Of a stretch of DNA of 36,677 bases, positions 1 to 10,687 are shown in pieces. The position numbers and the translations under genes were made by a program. Every line of letters begins with the position of its first letter. Within the stretch, counting starts at the first letter, position 1. The notes beneath the pieces are model-generated. The model was given only the letters and a program-made list of their open reading frames with translations. It was not told the origin of the DNA and did no database searches. The stretch lies in contig JAUCBJ010006431.1 of assembly GCA_032718475.1 (NCBI GenBank), positions 1 to 36,677 on the forward strand, read 5' to 3'. This stretch comes from Nemertoderma westbladi (lineage: Eukaryota; Animalia; Xenacoelomorpha).

Positions 1-212
1 CCCTCCCCTTCTATTTGGAAATAAAGACCTTTTATAAAAGTCTTTCTAAAAAACATTCTTAAAAATCAAATAATACATGATACATAATTAGTGAAACAAG
101 ATTAATGCCTGACAAGATTGATTAATTTAATAATAACATAATACAATATAAGATTAACAATTAATATAAGAGAATAGAAACTGCACTTGTCCAGTATGTA
201 TACGCAGTTTCG

Positions 213-259
213 TTATAATGACCTGAAGAAGCCCTGTTGGGAGAAAGCTTGTATTATAA
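213..259 (+). ncRNA. Degenerate minimal type I hammerhead ribozyme (Penelope-like element pLTR type)
   Basis: Stem I TTATAAT(G)AC 213-222 pairs with GTATTATAA 251-259 (one bulge). Core CTGAAGA at 223-229, stem II (G)CCC-TGTT-GGG, GAAA at 243-246, then palindromic AAGCTT as a minimal stem III. The stem II closing base is A rather than C. Confidence 0.7.
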
Positions 260-1003
260 TAACTTTTGTCATTCATTTCATTAGTCACCTGAGGTCAACC
301 CATACTACCTTAACTGTTTAATATGATAACTAGGGTGACGAGAGCGCGAGAATTCCTTCAAAACGAAGAAAGGCTTTCAACTTTCAAGTAAGATAGAACG
401 GCTACACTCTTGTGTTGTTTTAACTTAATAGAGATATTAAAATATCCCCTGCCCCTGGCGTTTATATTTGAGCATATTTTAACTGTTTGCCTGATATTCA
501 ATTGATGTGTACCGCCTTCTGGCAAAGCGGCACCCAGTTTAAGCTATCAATCAGTGTCAATCAATCGCGAGTAGTGACCCACGGACGGCGACCTTTAAAC
601 AAATTGGTGCAGAGCCGGAAAGAACGGTCGTTGGCTTGTGGGACCATTTGATTACATAATAGATTTTGGCAGACAGAGCGGTCGCTCTGACAATATTCAT
701 TGCGCACCAACAGTGCCTAAAACATCTATGGGAACAGCCAATTAGTGCGCTTGAATCATTTATCTTTATTCCTGCCTCTATCTTTATTCTTTACTTTGTA
801 TAACACAATTTACAGTGCGGTAAAGAAGGGCTGGTTGACCATTGAAATGCATTGGTAAAGGAATTCGGCGTTCACATTCCTACTAAGGCCCTGTGGGCTA
901 AACAAATTTAAACAGTACTATACATTAATATAGATAGGGCAACAGACAAACTGTCTAAGACACAAATACCAACACATTCCGATAGCCCGCAATTATGGCG
1001 TCT

Positions 1004-1436
1004 CTAAAGAGTTAAAATATACATTAATAAAACCTCTCTGAAACAATAAAAATACCTACAAAAAAATACTGCAGTAATAAATATTAGTTACTGCAGTCAC
1101 ATATAATAATTACTGCAGTAACAAATATTTATTACTGCACTAATAAATATTTATAACTGCAGCAACAAATATTTATTACTGCAGTAATAAATATTTATTA
1201 CTGCAGTAATAAATATTTATTACTGCAGTAATCAATATTAATAAATTAATAAATAATTGAATAACAATTTCTACTGCGGTAACAAATTATTTGTTACTGC
1301 AGAAAAATAAATTTTTTTATTACTGCAGTAATAATTAATTCTTAATTTCAGTGACAAATATTTATTACTGCAGTATTTTTTGGAGGCATATTTATTGTTT
1401 TATAGAGGTTTTTATTACTTATATTTTAGCCTTTAG
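1004..1436. mobile_element. Foldback/MITE-like palindromic element with internal 22-bp repeats
   Basis: Left arm CTAAAGAGTTAAAATATACATTAATAAAACCTCT... is the imperfect reverse complement of the right arm ...AGAGGTTTTTATTACTTATATTTTAGCCTTTAG (about 80 bp each). The interior is a degenerate tandem of TTACTGCAGTAATAAATATTTA. Confidence 0.75.
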
Positions 1437-1630
1437 TAGTCAAAGTCAATATACCCCATACCATTGCCAGTTTCAGGCAGGCTGTATGAAATGACTGACA
1501 GTACTACTTTGAAATCTTTGAGGAAACTTTGTCATTTTCTTGGACCACTTTTAGAAATTTGAGACACTTTTAGTTCTTTGAGAAAATCTCAAAGAACAGA
1601 TGCACTTTGAGACCCCGACTGTATATACTG

Positions 1631-1650
1631 TATATATATATATATATATA
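1631..1650. repeat. (TA)10 microsatellite
   Basis: Read directly. Confidence 0.95.
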
Positions 1651-1760
1651 TTTACTCAAACTCAGCTTTTGTTTACACCTACCTTCTTACTAACCGTCCG
1701 ACTGACTGATCAATAGATCATCCCCCTCAAAAAATAAAGGATATCGCGCACGCACATAAA

Positions 1761-2128
1761 ACACTTAATAAAGATAAATTTAATAAAAAATATCGACCAA
1801 TAAAAAATCGACCGAAGAGTGAAATCCTGGTATTCTTTACATGGGCGAATAACCAGACTTTATGCCGTTATATTTCACTTTGCAGTTACCCCCATGTGAA
1901 GAACACCAGGTTTTCACCAAAAACACAGGTTACAGAAGGGCTGAATATAACCAAAACAATAAACGAATTAGTATATGCACAGGTTATAAGACATAAATAA
2001 GCTCTAAATACACTTAATAAAGATAAATTAAAAAAAAAGTAAAATCTTCATATATAAAATTCCAATAAAAGTCGACCGAAAAGTGAAATCCTGGTATTCT
2101 TCACATGGGCGGTATTCTTCACATGGGC
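1761..2128. mobile_element. Small TIR element (MITE-like) at 1891-2109, with an upstream partial copy and a duplicated end
   Basis: CCCATGTGAAGAACACCAGGTTTTCAC (1891-1917) is inverted relative to GTGAAATCCTGGTATTCTTCACATGGG (2083-2109). The right end also occurs as a direct copy at ~1761-1847, and GGTATTCTTCACATGGGC is tandemly duplicated at 2111-2128. Confidence 0.55.
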
Positions 2129-2564
2129 CGGCACCAAAATTTGGCACCAGCCGCTAAAAACAAGTTTAAAATTTCTAGCTTATTTTATTTGTATTCCTTT
2201 TAGTTCGTTTCAGTTAGTCTTTCAGTTGGTATCGTAGTTTCAGAGGGGGGGGTGTTGTTATGGTACTGCAGTACTGACTATGGATGGACTATAGCTGACT
2301 TACACAGTCCCAGTCCCAGACTTCTGCTTTCTGGGCTGTTGGTCTGTGATCACTCCTGCACTCAGCGGTACCGGTACAGCTGTACAGCGGTACTTATACA
2401 GTTCAGCAGTTATACCAAAGAACCACTCAGCGACTCAGCCACACCGCAATGCTGCAATGTACAGTGTTACTGTTACACCACCCACGCCTAATTCTGTAGG
2501 CCTAATTTAATTTTTACTTTTTATCTTCACATCTTATTGAAACCATACAAACTCCTAAAGCGGA

Positions 2565-3683
2565 ATGATGACGGGGGATTGTCAAGTTCACGAAGTTGTA
2601 GATACAAACTCAACCTCAACTTCTAGCTGTACCGGCAGCAGTGACTCTATATTTATCTGTTGCGAACAGCGACTTATTTCTACTTCGAAGTGTTTAAAGG
2701 AAAGTAGTTCAAAGAATCTGGAACATCCAGATAGTGCAGAGGCCGCAAGGAATGCAAATATATCGGAATATACCGATAGTACCGGTTGTGATCCCAAACA
2801 GTCAAATGTATCGGAGACTGTCCGAGAATTGGTCTCCTTATCAACAATTATTTCCAACGAATCAACCAAACTGAGCCTGTCGTTCTGTAAGGAACCACAC
2901 CCCAGCGACTCAGACTGCGCTGCTCTGGTTGATAAATGCGAGCGGACGGCGCACCGAATGGTGTCGTTGAGTCGGCAGGTGGGCCCGGGCCAGTCGCTCA
3001 AACAGCTGATACGGGAGGCCGTCTGTGAGCTTCTGGACAACCTTGCCAGGTTTATGGGCCTGTTGTCCGGTGGGGGGCCGTTCACTCCCCACCAGCACAC
3101 CGGAATGGTGTGGAAAAGTTGTCGAGCGTTTGCTAAATTACCTACAAGTCACGCAGAGGCGGTTGTGAGACTAGTGGACTCGTCGAGGTGTTTAGTAGCG
3201 GATGCGTTGAAGGAGTTAGAGGATTGTGTGAAAGACGAGATTACGGAGATTGTAGAAGAGGTGGAAGACGAAGCATGGAGTTCCTACGATAAGGATTTAG
3301 TATCTAATAGTGTAGGTTTAATTAAAGTAATCGTGAATGTGTTAAAGAAGACGTCGCAATCAATATCCTCAAAAGGATATGTTGATTCCGACTCTGACCA
3401 ACTGGATATCACTAACAAACTATCAGCGGAGATCAGCAATCTTGTTGACGACTTCGTCATCTCTCTGTATCCTCCGCTGCGTTACGACAACGTGAGCGGC
3501 TCAGCCGAGACTCTCGCTAATGATGTGAGACAACTTCTGGCCCATCTGAGGGGCTGTTACTTTGTCGATACTGCCGATAGTAAATGGTTGGATTTTTTAG
3601 ATAAAGCAGTGGATCACAACTTGGTGAAGGTTAGGCAGGACGCTGGCCGGGTGAAGTCCTACAGACAAACAGATGACGGGTGA
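2565..3683 (+). CDS. CCNDBP1: Cyclin-D1-binding protein 1 (GCIP/HHM/MAID) homolog, single exon, 372 aa
   Basis: Motifs recognised from the family: ISNESTKLSLSF, TGMVWKSC, LVADALKELE followed by an acidic stretch and EAWS, LVDDFVISLYPPL, and WLDFLDKAVDHN. The ORF is uninterrupted. Confidence 0.9.
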   Translation: MMTGDCQVHEVVDTNSTSTSSCTGSSDSIFICCEQRLISTSKCLKESSSKNLEHPDSAEAARNANISEYTDSTGCDPKQSNVSETVRELVSLSTIISNESTKLSLSFCKEPHPSDSDCAALVDKCERTAHRMVSLSRQVGPGQSLKQLIREAVCELLDNLARFMGLLSGGGPFTPHQHTGMVWKSCRAFAKLPTSHAEAVVRLVDSSRCLVADALKELEDCVKDEITEIVEEVEDEAWSSYDKDLVSNSVGLIKVIVNVLKKTSQSISSKGYVDSDSDQLDITNKLSAEISNLVDDFVISLYPPLRYDNVSGSAETLANDVRQLLAHLRGCYFVDTADSKWLDFLDKAVDHNLVKVRQDAGRVKSYRQTDDG

Positions 3684-3738
3684 TAATCTGTCTTTTAATA
3701 TTCTGTCTTGCAGCTCAACGTTTTAATTAATAATCCTA

Positions 3739-3744
3739 AATAAA
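3739..3744 (+). promoter_or_regulatory. Candidate polyadenylation signal for CCNDBP1
   Basis: AATAAA about 55 nt after the stop codon. The context is AT-rich, so a chance match is possible. Confidence 0.35.
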
Positions 3745-4150
3745 ATACAATACAGTGAAATCTCGAATTAACAATATTTTTCATTCATCTACCTGAATTG
3801 AATTGTGATTAATTATTGTTTAGCCGATGGGCTGTTATCAAGATGTGCTGTTATGGACTATTTAGTTTATTGTTTTGGTTAGGGTTGGTTAGTCATCTTT
3901 TTTCCTAAATATGTTATTGAAATAACTGCAAATGGAAATAGCAAATTTTAAGAAATTTTTTCTGTATAATTGCTGAATTGGAAGTTCAAACATTGCCAAA
4001 TTTAGTATTACGAAAGTTGAAATCCTTGAAGCGTTAAATTTAAGTCGCCTATATGCTAGAGTACCGACCGGTATGTTATTTTATAATTTATTATTGGTGT
4101 TTTGGGTGAATGAGTAGTTTCATATTATTATAACTTCCGTTGTCAATGAC

Positions 4151-4210
4151 GTCCAGGTGGGATCGAACTGATGACCTCCTGGTTGGCGCTCTAACCACTC
4201 AGCTCTGCCG
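4151..4210 (-). mobile_element. tRNA-derived SINE head or tRNA pseudogene fragment
   Basis: Minus strand reads CGGCAGAGCTGAGTGGTTAGAGCGCCAACCAGGAGGTCATCAGTTCGATCCCACCTGGAC, with an A-box-like AGCTGAGTGG and a B-box GTTCGATCCC. The anticodon arm is largely missing. Confidence 0.6.
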
Positions 4211-4525
4211 TGCAATGTGAAAAGACCGTAATTAAAAAAAAAGTCATTTCTAGTAAAACGCAAATTACTGCTTGCCTTCAGATTGTTGGTTGAAAATGTC
4301 AGTAAATTACTCATTTTTTATATCCCTACGTCATTGGGGATGGGAAATTTTTCTACGTGATTATTTTTCACTTTCCATTAATATTTTGACATCAGGATTG
4401 TTTTTGGTACTTACTGTGTTTTTGTATTGTACAACCTGTATGTAAATAAATTCGATACAATGCAAAAACAATGTCACAGTGACAATCAATCTATACAATT
4501 CGAAAACACCGCAACTGACAGACTT

Positions 4526-4544
4526 GGGGGGGGGGGGGGGGGGG
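4526..4544 (+). repeat. Poly-G tract (19 nt)
   Basis: Read directly. Confidence 0.9.
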
Positions 4545-5613
4545 CAACCCCCTGCGGTATTTGTAAATAACTCGAAAGTGGTTTCATAAACAAAAAAAAC
4601 TTGGGAACGGGGAAATATTATGAAATCAAAAAAACTGCCCGAAATTTGTCGACGTTTATTCGTTTAGTTATATTCGTGATAAGCGTCCCAGAAAACCCAC
4701 AATATCTTAAAATCAGGTTGATTTGGTAATGATTTTTTATTATAAAATTTGAGCTACTTGTAATTTTTGTGCTGCGCATTGACACATATCCAAAAATGGC
4801 CTATTCAATAAGGTACGATATATTTCAGTGTCATATTCATGATCAGCATCCCAAAAACCCATATGGTCATAAAATTAATTTGATGACTGCTTGTTTTTTT
4901 CGTGCCCCAGGGGGCACATTCAAAATTACCAAAAATGTTCTCTAATGTTATTGATTCCCCGTACTTAGTTCCAATTTAAACCTCATGTGATTTAAAGAGT
5001 GTGGCTGCCGCTACCTTATGTCAAATAAACAATGCAGGACAGGTCCAGGATAGGTGACAGCCGGTGTCTGCCGGCCCCGGGATGCGCCAGCAGTGCAGTA
5101 CCTATTAACCAGTTAACTCTTCTTGACGCTGCTTGGAAAACTAACCAACCGTGATTTATTTTTGAACTGTTTTTCCACCAACCTGGCTATAGAATGTTGT
5201 TGGTTGCTACAGTATATGGCACTAACATAGTATAGACTGATAGAAGCAGCAATGAGAATGCTAAGGGAATAAACATTCGCACAGATATTGAAAACCGTCG
5301 TGCCAGTCTGGCCTTCTTTGTGAATTTATTAACATATAATATACCTTTACTTTCGCTGTTTCGGGGCCAGTATTTAGTTAACCATAGCAGGCCCTATACA
5401 GCCAAGTGCCAACAAGACCAACCTAGTGACAGTTAGTCAAACCACATCTCAGCGAGTGCATCCTGGTGACAGTAATTAATCTAAGTCCAACCGGGCGTCC
5501 ACGTGTCAGTTAGTACAATATAACAAGCGCTGTGGCGCATCCCGGGGCTGAAGGACATCATTTGTCTGAGCCTTTGTAAGGCACCACCTGTCTGGTGAGA
5601 GAGGAGAATCGTG

Positions 5614-6810
5614 ATGGCAGAGAAGCTAGTGAAGAAGAGAAAGTCGGAGAAGAGCGGGAAGGATCTACTAGTGGATTTCACGTTGAGACATCCGGAGAAT
5701 AAGAGGGGCGGATACATGGTCCGAGACGATGAGGGGACTGTAGAGGATGATGAAGGGGTTTGGAGCCACTTGTGGCAGAGGAAGTAGAGGAGAATGAGTT
5801 CGGGGAGATGTCACCGATAGAGAGGATCGGCCGGGCGGACACGGACTGGGTGGACGGGAGAGTGGTGACAGCCAGCGGGGTGAGAGCGTTCTGGGACGCA
5901 CCTGGCAAGCGAGCCTGGAAGCACGGGGAGCCGGCAATAAACTTCCCAGCAAACATGATTCGGCTAGGCGAGCAACCGGGGACGGCACCACAAGTAGTGT
6001 TTGGGGAGAAGAAGGAGATCGACATGGGTAGGGACGATAAGGTGGAAATGTTCACCTATCAGCAGCTCCATAGACCCATGAGGCTACATGGAGCCAAGGA
6101 CGAGTTAGGGCGACAGACAGTGATAGATAGTTGAGACTAATGTGGGAGACTAACCCATCAGCAGAAGAATTGTCTGTATCGCTACCAGAAGGTGGCGACT
6201 TGTCTATATTGCCACAAGTCTACCCATAGGATGGGCGCGTACCCGAGACTGCACCATAGGTGTACAAAGTGTAAGTTTAGGGGGCATTTTGAGCGCCAGT
6301 GCGACTGGGTGGATGATGAGGAGAAGTTCCATATTTACGAGGACTAGGACGACGTAGGAGTCATGACTAGGCAAAGGATGAAGGCCCAGGAGTTCCGGTG
6401 GTGGTTTTTCAACATTAACCTACAGGCCCACCAGGAGATTACCAAGAGGAGACTACCATTCATATATCAGGAGGTAGCGACAGCGGCATCATATGGAGGG
6501 GTTATTAACACCCAAAGATATCTTGACAGATGGTCGCCAGAGAACAGGATGGAATTCAGGAACTTTCTGGTGGAGCATGTGCCATGTGGAATGAAGATCA
6601 TCATATGGGACGCTACCAGAGGGAAGCAGGAGGGACACTCAGTGGGACCGCCAGCGAAACGATACCGTGAAATGATAACGCCCGCGCCCAAGGATCCAAC
6701 TATGGGCTTGGCAAAACGGTATCAGCGCGGATGAGTAGCCTCAAGAACAAACAGGAGGAAAGAAAACGCCTGAGGTAGGACGATTATAGGGGCAACGAGA
6801 TGAGATGGTT
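5614..6810 (+). pseudogene. Decayed gag/ORF1-like protein with three CCHC zinc knuckles (copy 1)
   Basis: ATG at 5614 (MAEKLVKKRK...) and a frameshift near 5760. One frame then joins ORFs 5760-6134 and 6363-6734 through stops at 6132, 6138 and 6345. Knuckles: *D*CGRLTHQQKNC (6132-6173), CLYCHKSTHRMGAY (6201-6242), CTKCKFRGHFERQC (6261-6302). TAG 6345 is TGG in copy 2. Confidence 0.7.
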
Positions 6811-7201
6811 TACAGAGGGTACGGGAAGAGCACTCTAGAACTGGTTATGGGCGATGTTAATGTTTATTAATCAATCGACATTCAAGTTAATGAAATTGTC
6901 ACATAGTCAATGTACCGGTAACACATATATCAAAAGCACCAAAATGTTATTATTTGTAAGTATTTGCCGAGCGCCAGCTAATCCACCAATATAACGTTGG
7001 CCGTTACCAAAATTACGGTTAACAAGGCCAAAATTCACAATTGTATACCGTAGTTGATCTTGATAGTACGAAAATATATGTTACAGATGAAAAACAAATA
7101 CGTACATACGATAATATATACAATTTAAAGCGATAGATATTGGGAGAGGAAGTTATTTACCAACATCAGTTTTTCTATGCATTTCAAGATGGTTATACTC
7201 T

Positions 7202-7510
7202 TTAACTTTCTAGAGTACAACAGAAGCTATGCTTGTTACACCAACTAATAGTCGTTGTTAATACCTCTGCCCTCAGGGCCATTGCTTTGTGGACAAAAAG
7301 TGCCAAATTCATAATTACGGACGAATCCGAGGAGAAGTGAAATAGGCAACATTTTTCAAAACTGGGAGGGGTTGCGCTATGATGCGAATCTAAATATTGG
7401 GTTCTAAGAGCGTTATATTTATGGCACACAAACAAAAAATGATACTCGTCTTCTATTCGGTCGGTGTTGCATACTTGACACACCCGATCGGAGCGAGCAA
7501 CTCTTCGCCT
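7202..7510 (-). mobile_element. 5'-truncated non-LTR retrotransposon (CR1/L2-group LINE) ORF2 C-terminus
   Basis: RVCQVCNTDRIEDEYHFLFVCHKYNALRTQYL matches the C-terminal CxxC..EDEFHF..C..Y..LR motif of CR1/L2-type ORF2. No RT domain is present. Confidence 0.75.
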
Positions 7511-7956
7511 GGAAGGCACCATGAGGAATTAAATGTACAAATAACTCATAAGTGCAATTAATACATATTTTAAGTGCAATTAATACATACGTATGTAATT
7601 AATCCGTGCTAGACCCGAGGAAATATAATGTACCTACTATATAGTCAGATATAACCTTTTCCAATTAGCTACTGGGACTGGGGACTAATTGACTGAAACA
7701 GGAGAACGAGACAATAACGCAACGGAACTCACTTATGTGGTGTACACATGCGTGAGACCCGACACAAGCGTAGAGAGTGAGAATAAAAGGGGTTGAGCAT
7801 CAGATGGGCATGGGGGAGGAGGTGTGAGAGTTTGGAGAGAAAGTGGAGAGTGCGAGATCCAAGTGTGGGGGCGAGCAGTGTAGAAGATGAATCCTATGGG
7901 ACTAGTGAGCGAGGAGATTGGACGATAGATTCAGGGATAAAAATTGTGTGAGATTG

Positions 7957-8511
7957 CTGCACCATAGGTGTACGAAGTGTAAGTTTAGGGGGCATTTCGA
8001 GCGCCAGTGTGACTGGATGGAAGATGATGAGAAGTTCCGTATCTACGGGGACTGGGCCGACATTGGAGTCATGACCAGACAGAGGATAAAGGCCCAGGAG
8101 TTCCGGTGGGGGTTCTTTAACATCAACCAACAGGCCCACCAGGAGATTACCAGGAGGAGACTGCCATTCACCTACCAGGAGGTAGCGACAGCGGCATCAC
8201 ATGGAGGGGTTATTAACACCCAAAGGAACCTCGACAGGTGGTCGCCAGAGAATAGGATGGAGTTCAGGAGGAACATATACCGTGTGCCATGAAGATCATC
8301 ATGTGGGACGCTACCAGAGGAAAGCTGGAGGGACACTCAGTGGGACCGCCAGCCAAACGATACCGCGAGATGATAACGGCCGCACCAAGGGATCCAACTA
8401 CAGGCCACAAGGGTTGGCAAAGCTGTATCGACACGGATGCGTACCCTGTAGAACAAACAGGAGGAAAAGAAGCGCACGAGACAGGGAGGCCTTTAGGACG
8501 ACATGAGATGG
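7957..8511 (+). pseudogene. Second, 5'-truncated copy of the zinc-knuckle gag-like ORF
   Basis: Colinear with ~6249-6808, with knuckle CTKCKFRGHFERQC starting at 7969. A 10-bp deletion near 8270 shifts the frame, splitting it into ORFs 7918-8292 and 8289-8588. It runs directly into the satellite. Confidence 0.75.
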
Positions 8512-10687
8512 AGTCTGTTAACTCAATCTTGAGATTGTGCGACATGAGTCGGAGTCTGTTAACTCATTCTGGAGATTGTGCGTCATGAGTCGGATTGTGT
8601 TAACTCAATTTGGATATTGTATGACTTGAGATGAATTCTGTTAACTTAATCCAGAGAGTGCACGACATGAGATGGAGTCTGTTAACTCAATTCGGAGATT
8701 GTACGACATGAGACGGAGTCTGTTAACTCATTCTGGAGATTGTATGACATGATATGGAGTCTGTTAACTCAATCTGGAGATTGTATGACATGATATGGAG
8801 TCTGTTAACTCAATCTGGAGATTGTATGACATGAGATGGAGTCTGTTAACTCAATCCGGAGATTATGCGACAAGAGACGGAGTCCGTTAACTCAATTCGA
8901 AGATTGTATGACATGAGATGAATTCTGTTAACTCAATCCAGAGATTGTACGACATGAGACGGAGTCTGTTAACTCAATCTTGAGATTGTGCGACATGAGT
9001 TGGAGTCTGTTAACTCAATCTGGAGATTGTATGACATGATATGGAGTCTGTTAACTCAATCTGGAGATTGTATGACATGATATGGAGTCTGTTAACTCAA
9101 TCTGGAGATTGTATGACATGAGATGGAGTATGTTAACTCAATCCGGAGATTGTGCGACATGAGATGAAGTCTGTTAACTCAATCTTGAGATTGTGCGACA
9201 TGAGTCGGAGTCTGTTAACTTATTCTGGAGATTGTGCGACATGAGTCGGAGTCTGTTAACTCAATCCGGATATTGTATGACATGATATGGAGTCGGTTAA
9301 CTCAATTCGGAGATTGTGCGACATGAGATGGTGTCTGTTAACTCAATCTTGAGATTGTGCGACATGAGTCGGAGTCTGTTAACTCAATCTGGAGATTGTA
9401 TGACATGATATGGAGTCTGTTAACTCAATCTGGAGATTGTATGACATGATATGGAGTCTGTTAACTCAATCTGGAGATTGTATGACATGAGATGGAGTAT
9501 GTTAACTCAATCCGGAGATTATGCGAAATGAGACGGAGTCTGTTAACTCAATTCGGAGATTGTATGACATGAGATGAATTCTGTTAACTCAATCCAGAGA
9601 TTGTACGACATGAGATGGAGTCTGTTAACTCAATCTTGAGATTGTGCGACATGAGTCGAAGTCTGTTAACTCATTCTGGAGATTGTGCGACATGAGCCGG
9701 AGTCTGTTAACTCAATCCGGATATTGTATGACATGATATGGAGTCGGTTAACTCAATTCGGAGATTGTGCGACATGAGATGGTGTCTGTTAACTCAATCT
9801 TGAGATTGTGCGACATGAGTCAGAGTCTGTTAACTCATTCTGGAGATTGTGCGACATGAGTCGGAGTCTGTTAACTCAATCCGGATATTGTATGACATGA
9901 GATGAATTCTGTTAACTCATTCCAGAGATTGTACAACATGAGACGGAGTCTGTTAACTTAATCCGGAGATTGTGCGACATGAGATGGAGTCTGTTAACTC
10001 ATTCTGAAGATTGTGCACATGAGTCGGAGTCTGTCAACTCATTCTGGAGATTGTGCGACATGAGTCGGAGTCTGTTAACTCAATCCGGATATTGTATGAC
10101 ATAAGATGAATTCTGTTAACTCAATCCAGAGATTGTACGACATGAGTTGGAGTCTGTTAACTCAATTTGGAGATTGTGCGACATGAGTCGGAGTCTGTTA
10201 ACTCAATCTGGAGATTGTATGACATGATATGGAGTCTGTTAACTCAATCTGGAGATTGTATGGCATGATATGGAGTCTGTTAACTCAATCTGGAGATTGT
10301 ATGAAATGATATAGAGTAGCTGTTAACTCAATCTGGAGATTGTATGGCATGATATGGAGTCTGTTAACTCAATCTGGAGATTGTATGACATAAGATTAAT
10401 TCTGTTAACTCAATCCAGAGATTGTACGACATGAGACGGAGTCTGTTAACTCAATTTGGAGATTGTGCGACATGAGTCGGAGTCTGTTAACTCAATCTGG
10501 AGATTGTGCGACATGAGTCGGAGTCTGTTAACTCAATCTGGAGATTGTATGACATGATATGGAATTGTTAACTCAATCTGGAGATTGTGCGACATGAGTC
10601 GGAGTCTGTTAACTCAATCTGGAGATTGTATGACATGATATGGAGTCTGTTACTCAATCTGGAGATTGTATGACATGATATGGAGTA
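8498..10687. repeat. 41-bp satellite, left block
   Basis: Consensus GGAGTCTGTTAACTCAATCTGGAGATTGT(A/G)(T/C)GACATGA(TAT/GTC/GAT). Period is 41 bp (e.g. 8715 to 8756). The first units are the most diverged. Confidence 0.98.

Noticed and set aside
2252-3100. ORFs 2252-2491(+), 2588-3100(-) and 2910-3098(-)
   Set aside because: No recognisable motifs; the minus-strand ones are antisense shadows of CCNDBP1.
4151-4210. Functional tRNA gene, or a hammerhead from CTGATGA at 4168
   Set aside because: There is no complete cloverleaf or anticodon arm, and the CTGATGA lacks a stem II-GAAA partner.
4670-4865. Diverged ~35-bp direct repeat (TATTCGTGATAAGCGTCCCAGAAAACCCA / TATTCATGATCAGCATCCCAAAAACCCA)
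   Set aside because: Probably internal repeats of an old transposon, but no termini could be defined.
7548-7590. Short tandem duplication TAAGTGCAATTAATACAT as a LINE TSD
   Set aside because: Both copies lie on the same side of the LINE fragment, so it cannot be its TSD.
5481-8545. Minus-strand ORFs over the gag-like copies
   Set aside because: They are shadows of a purine-rich plus strand; the zinc knuckles and synonymous conservation are on the plus strand.
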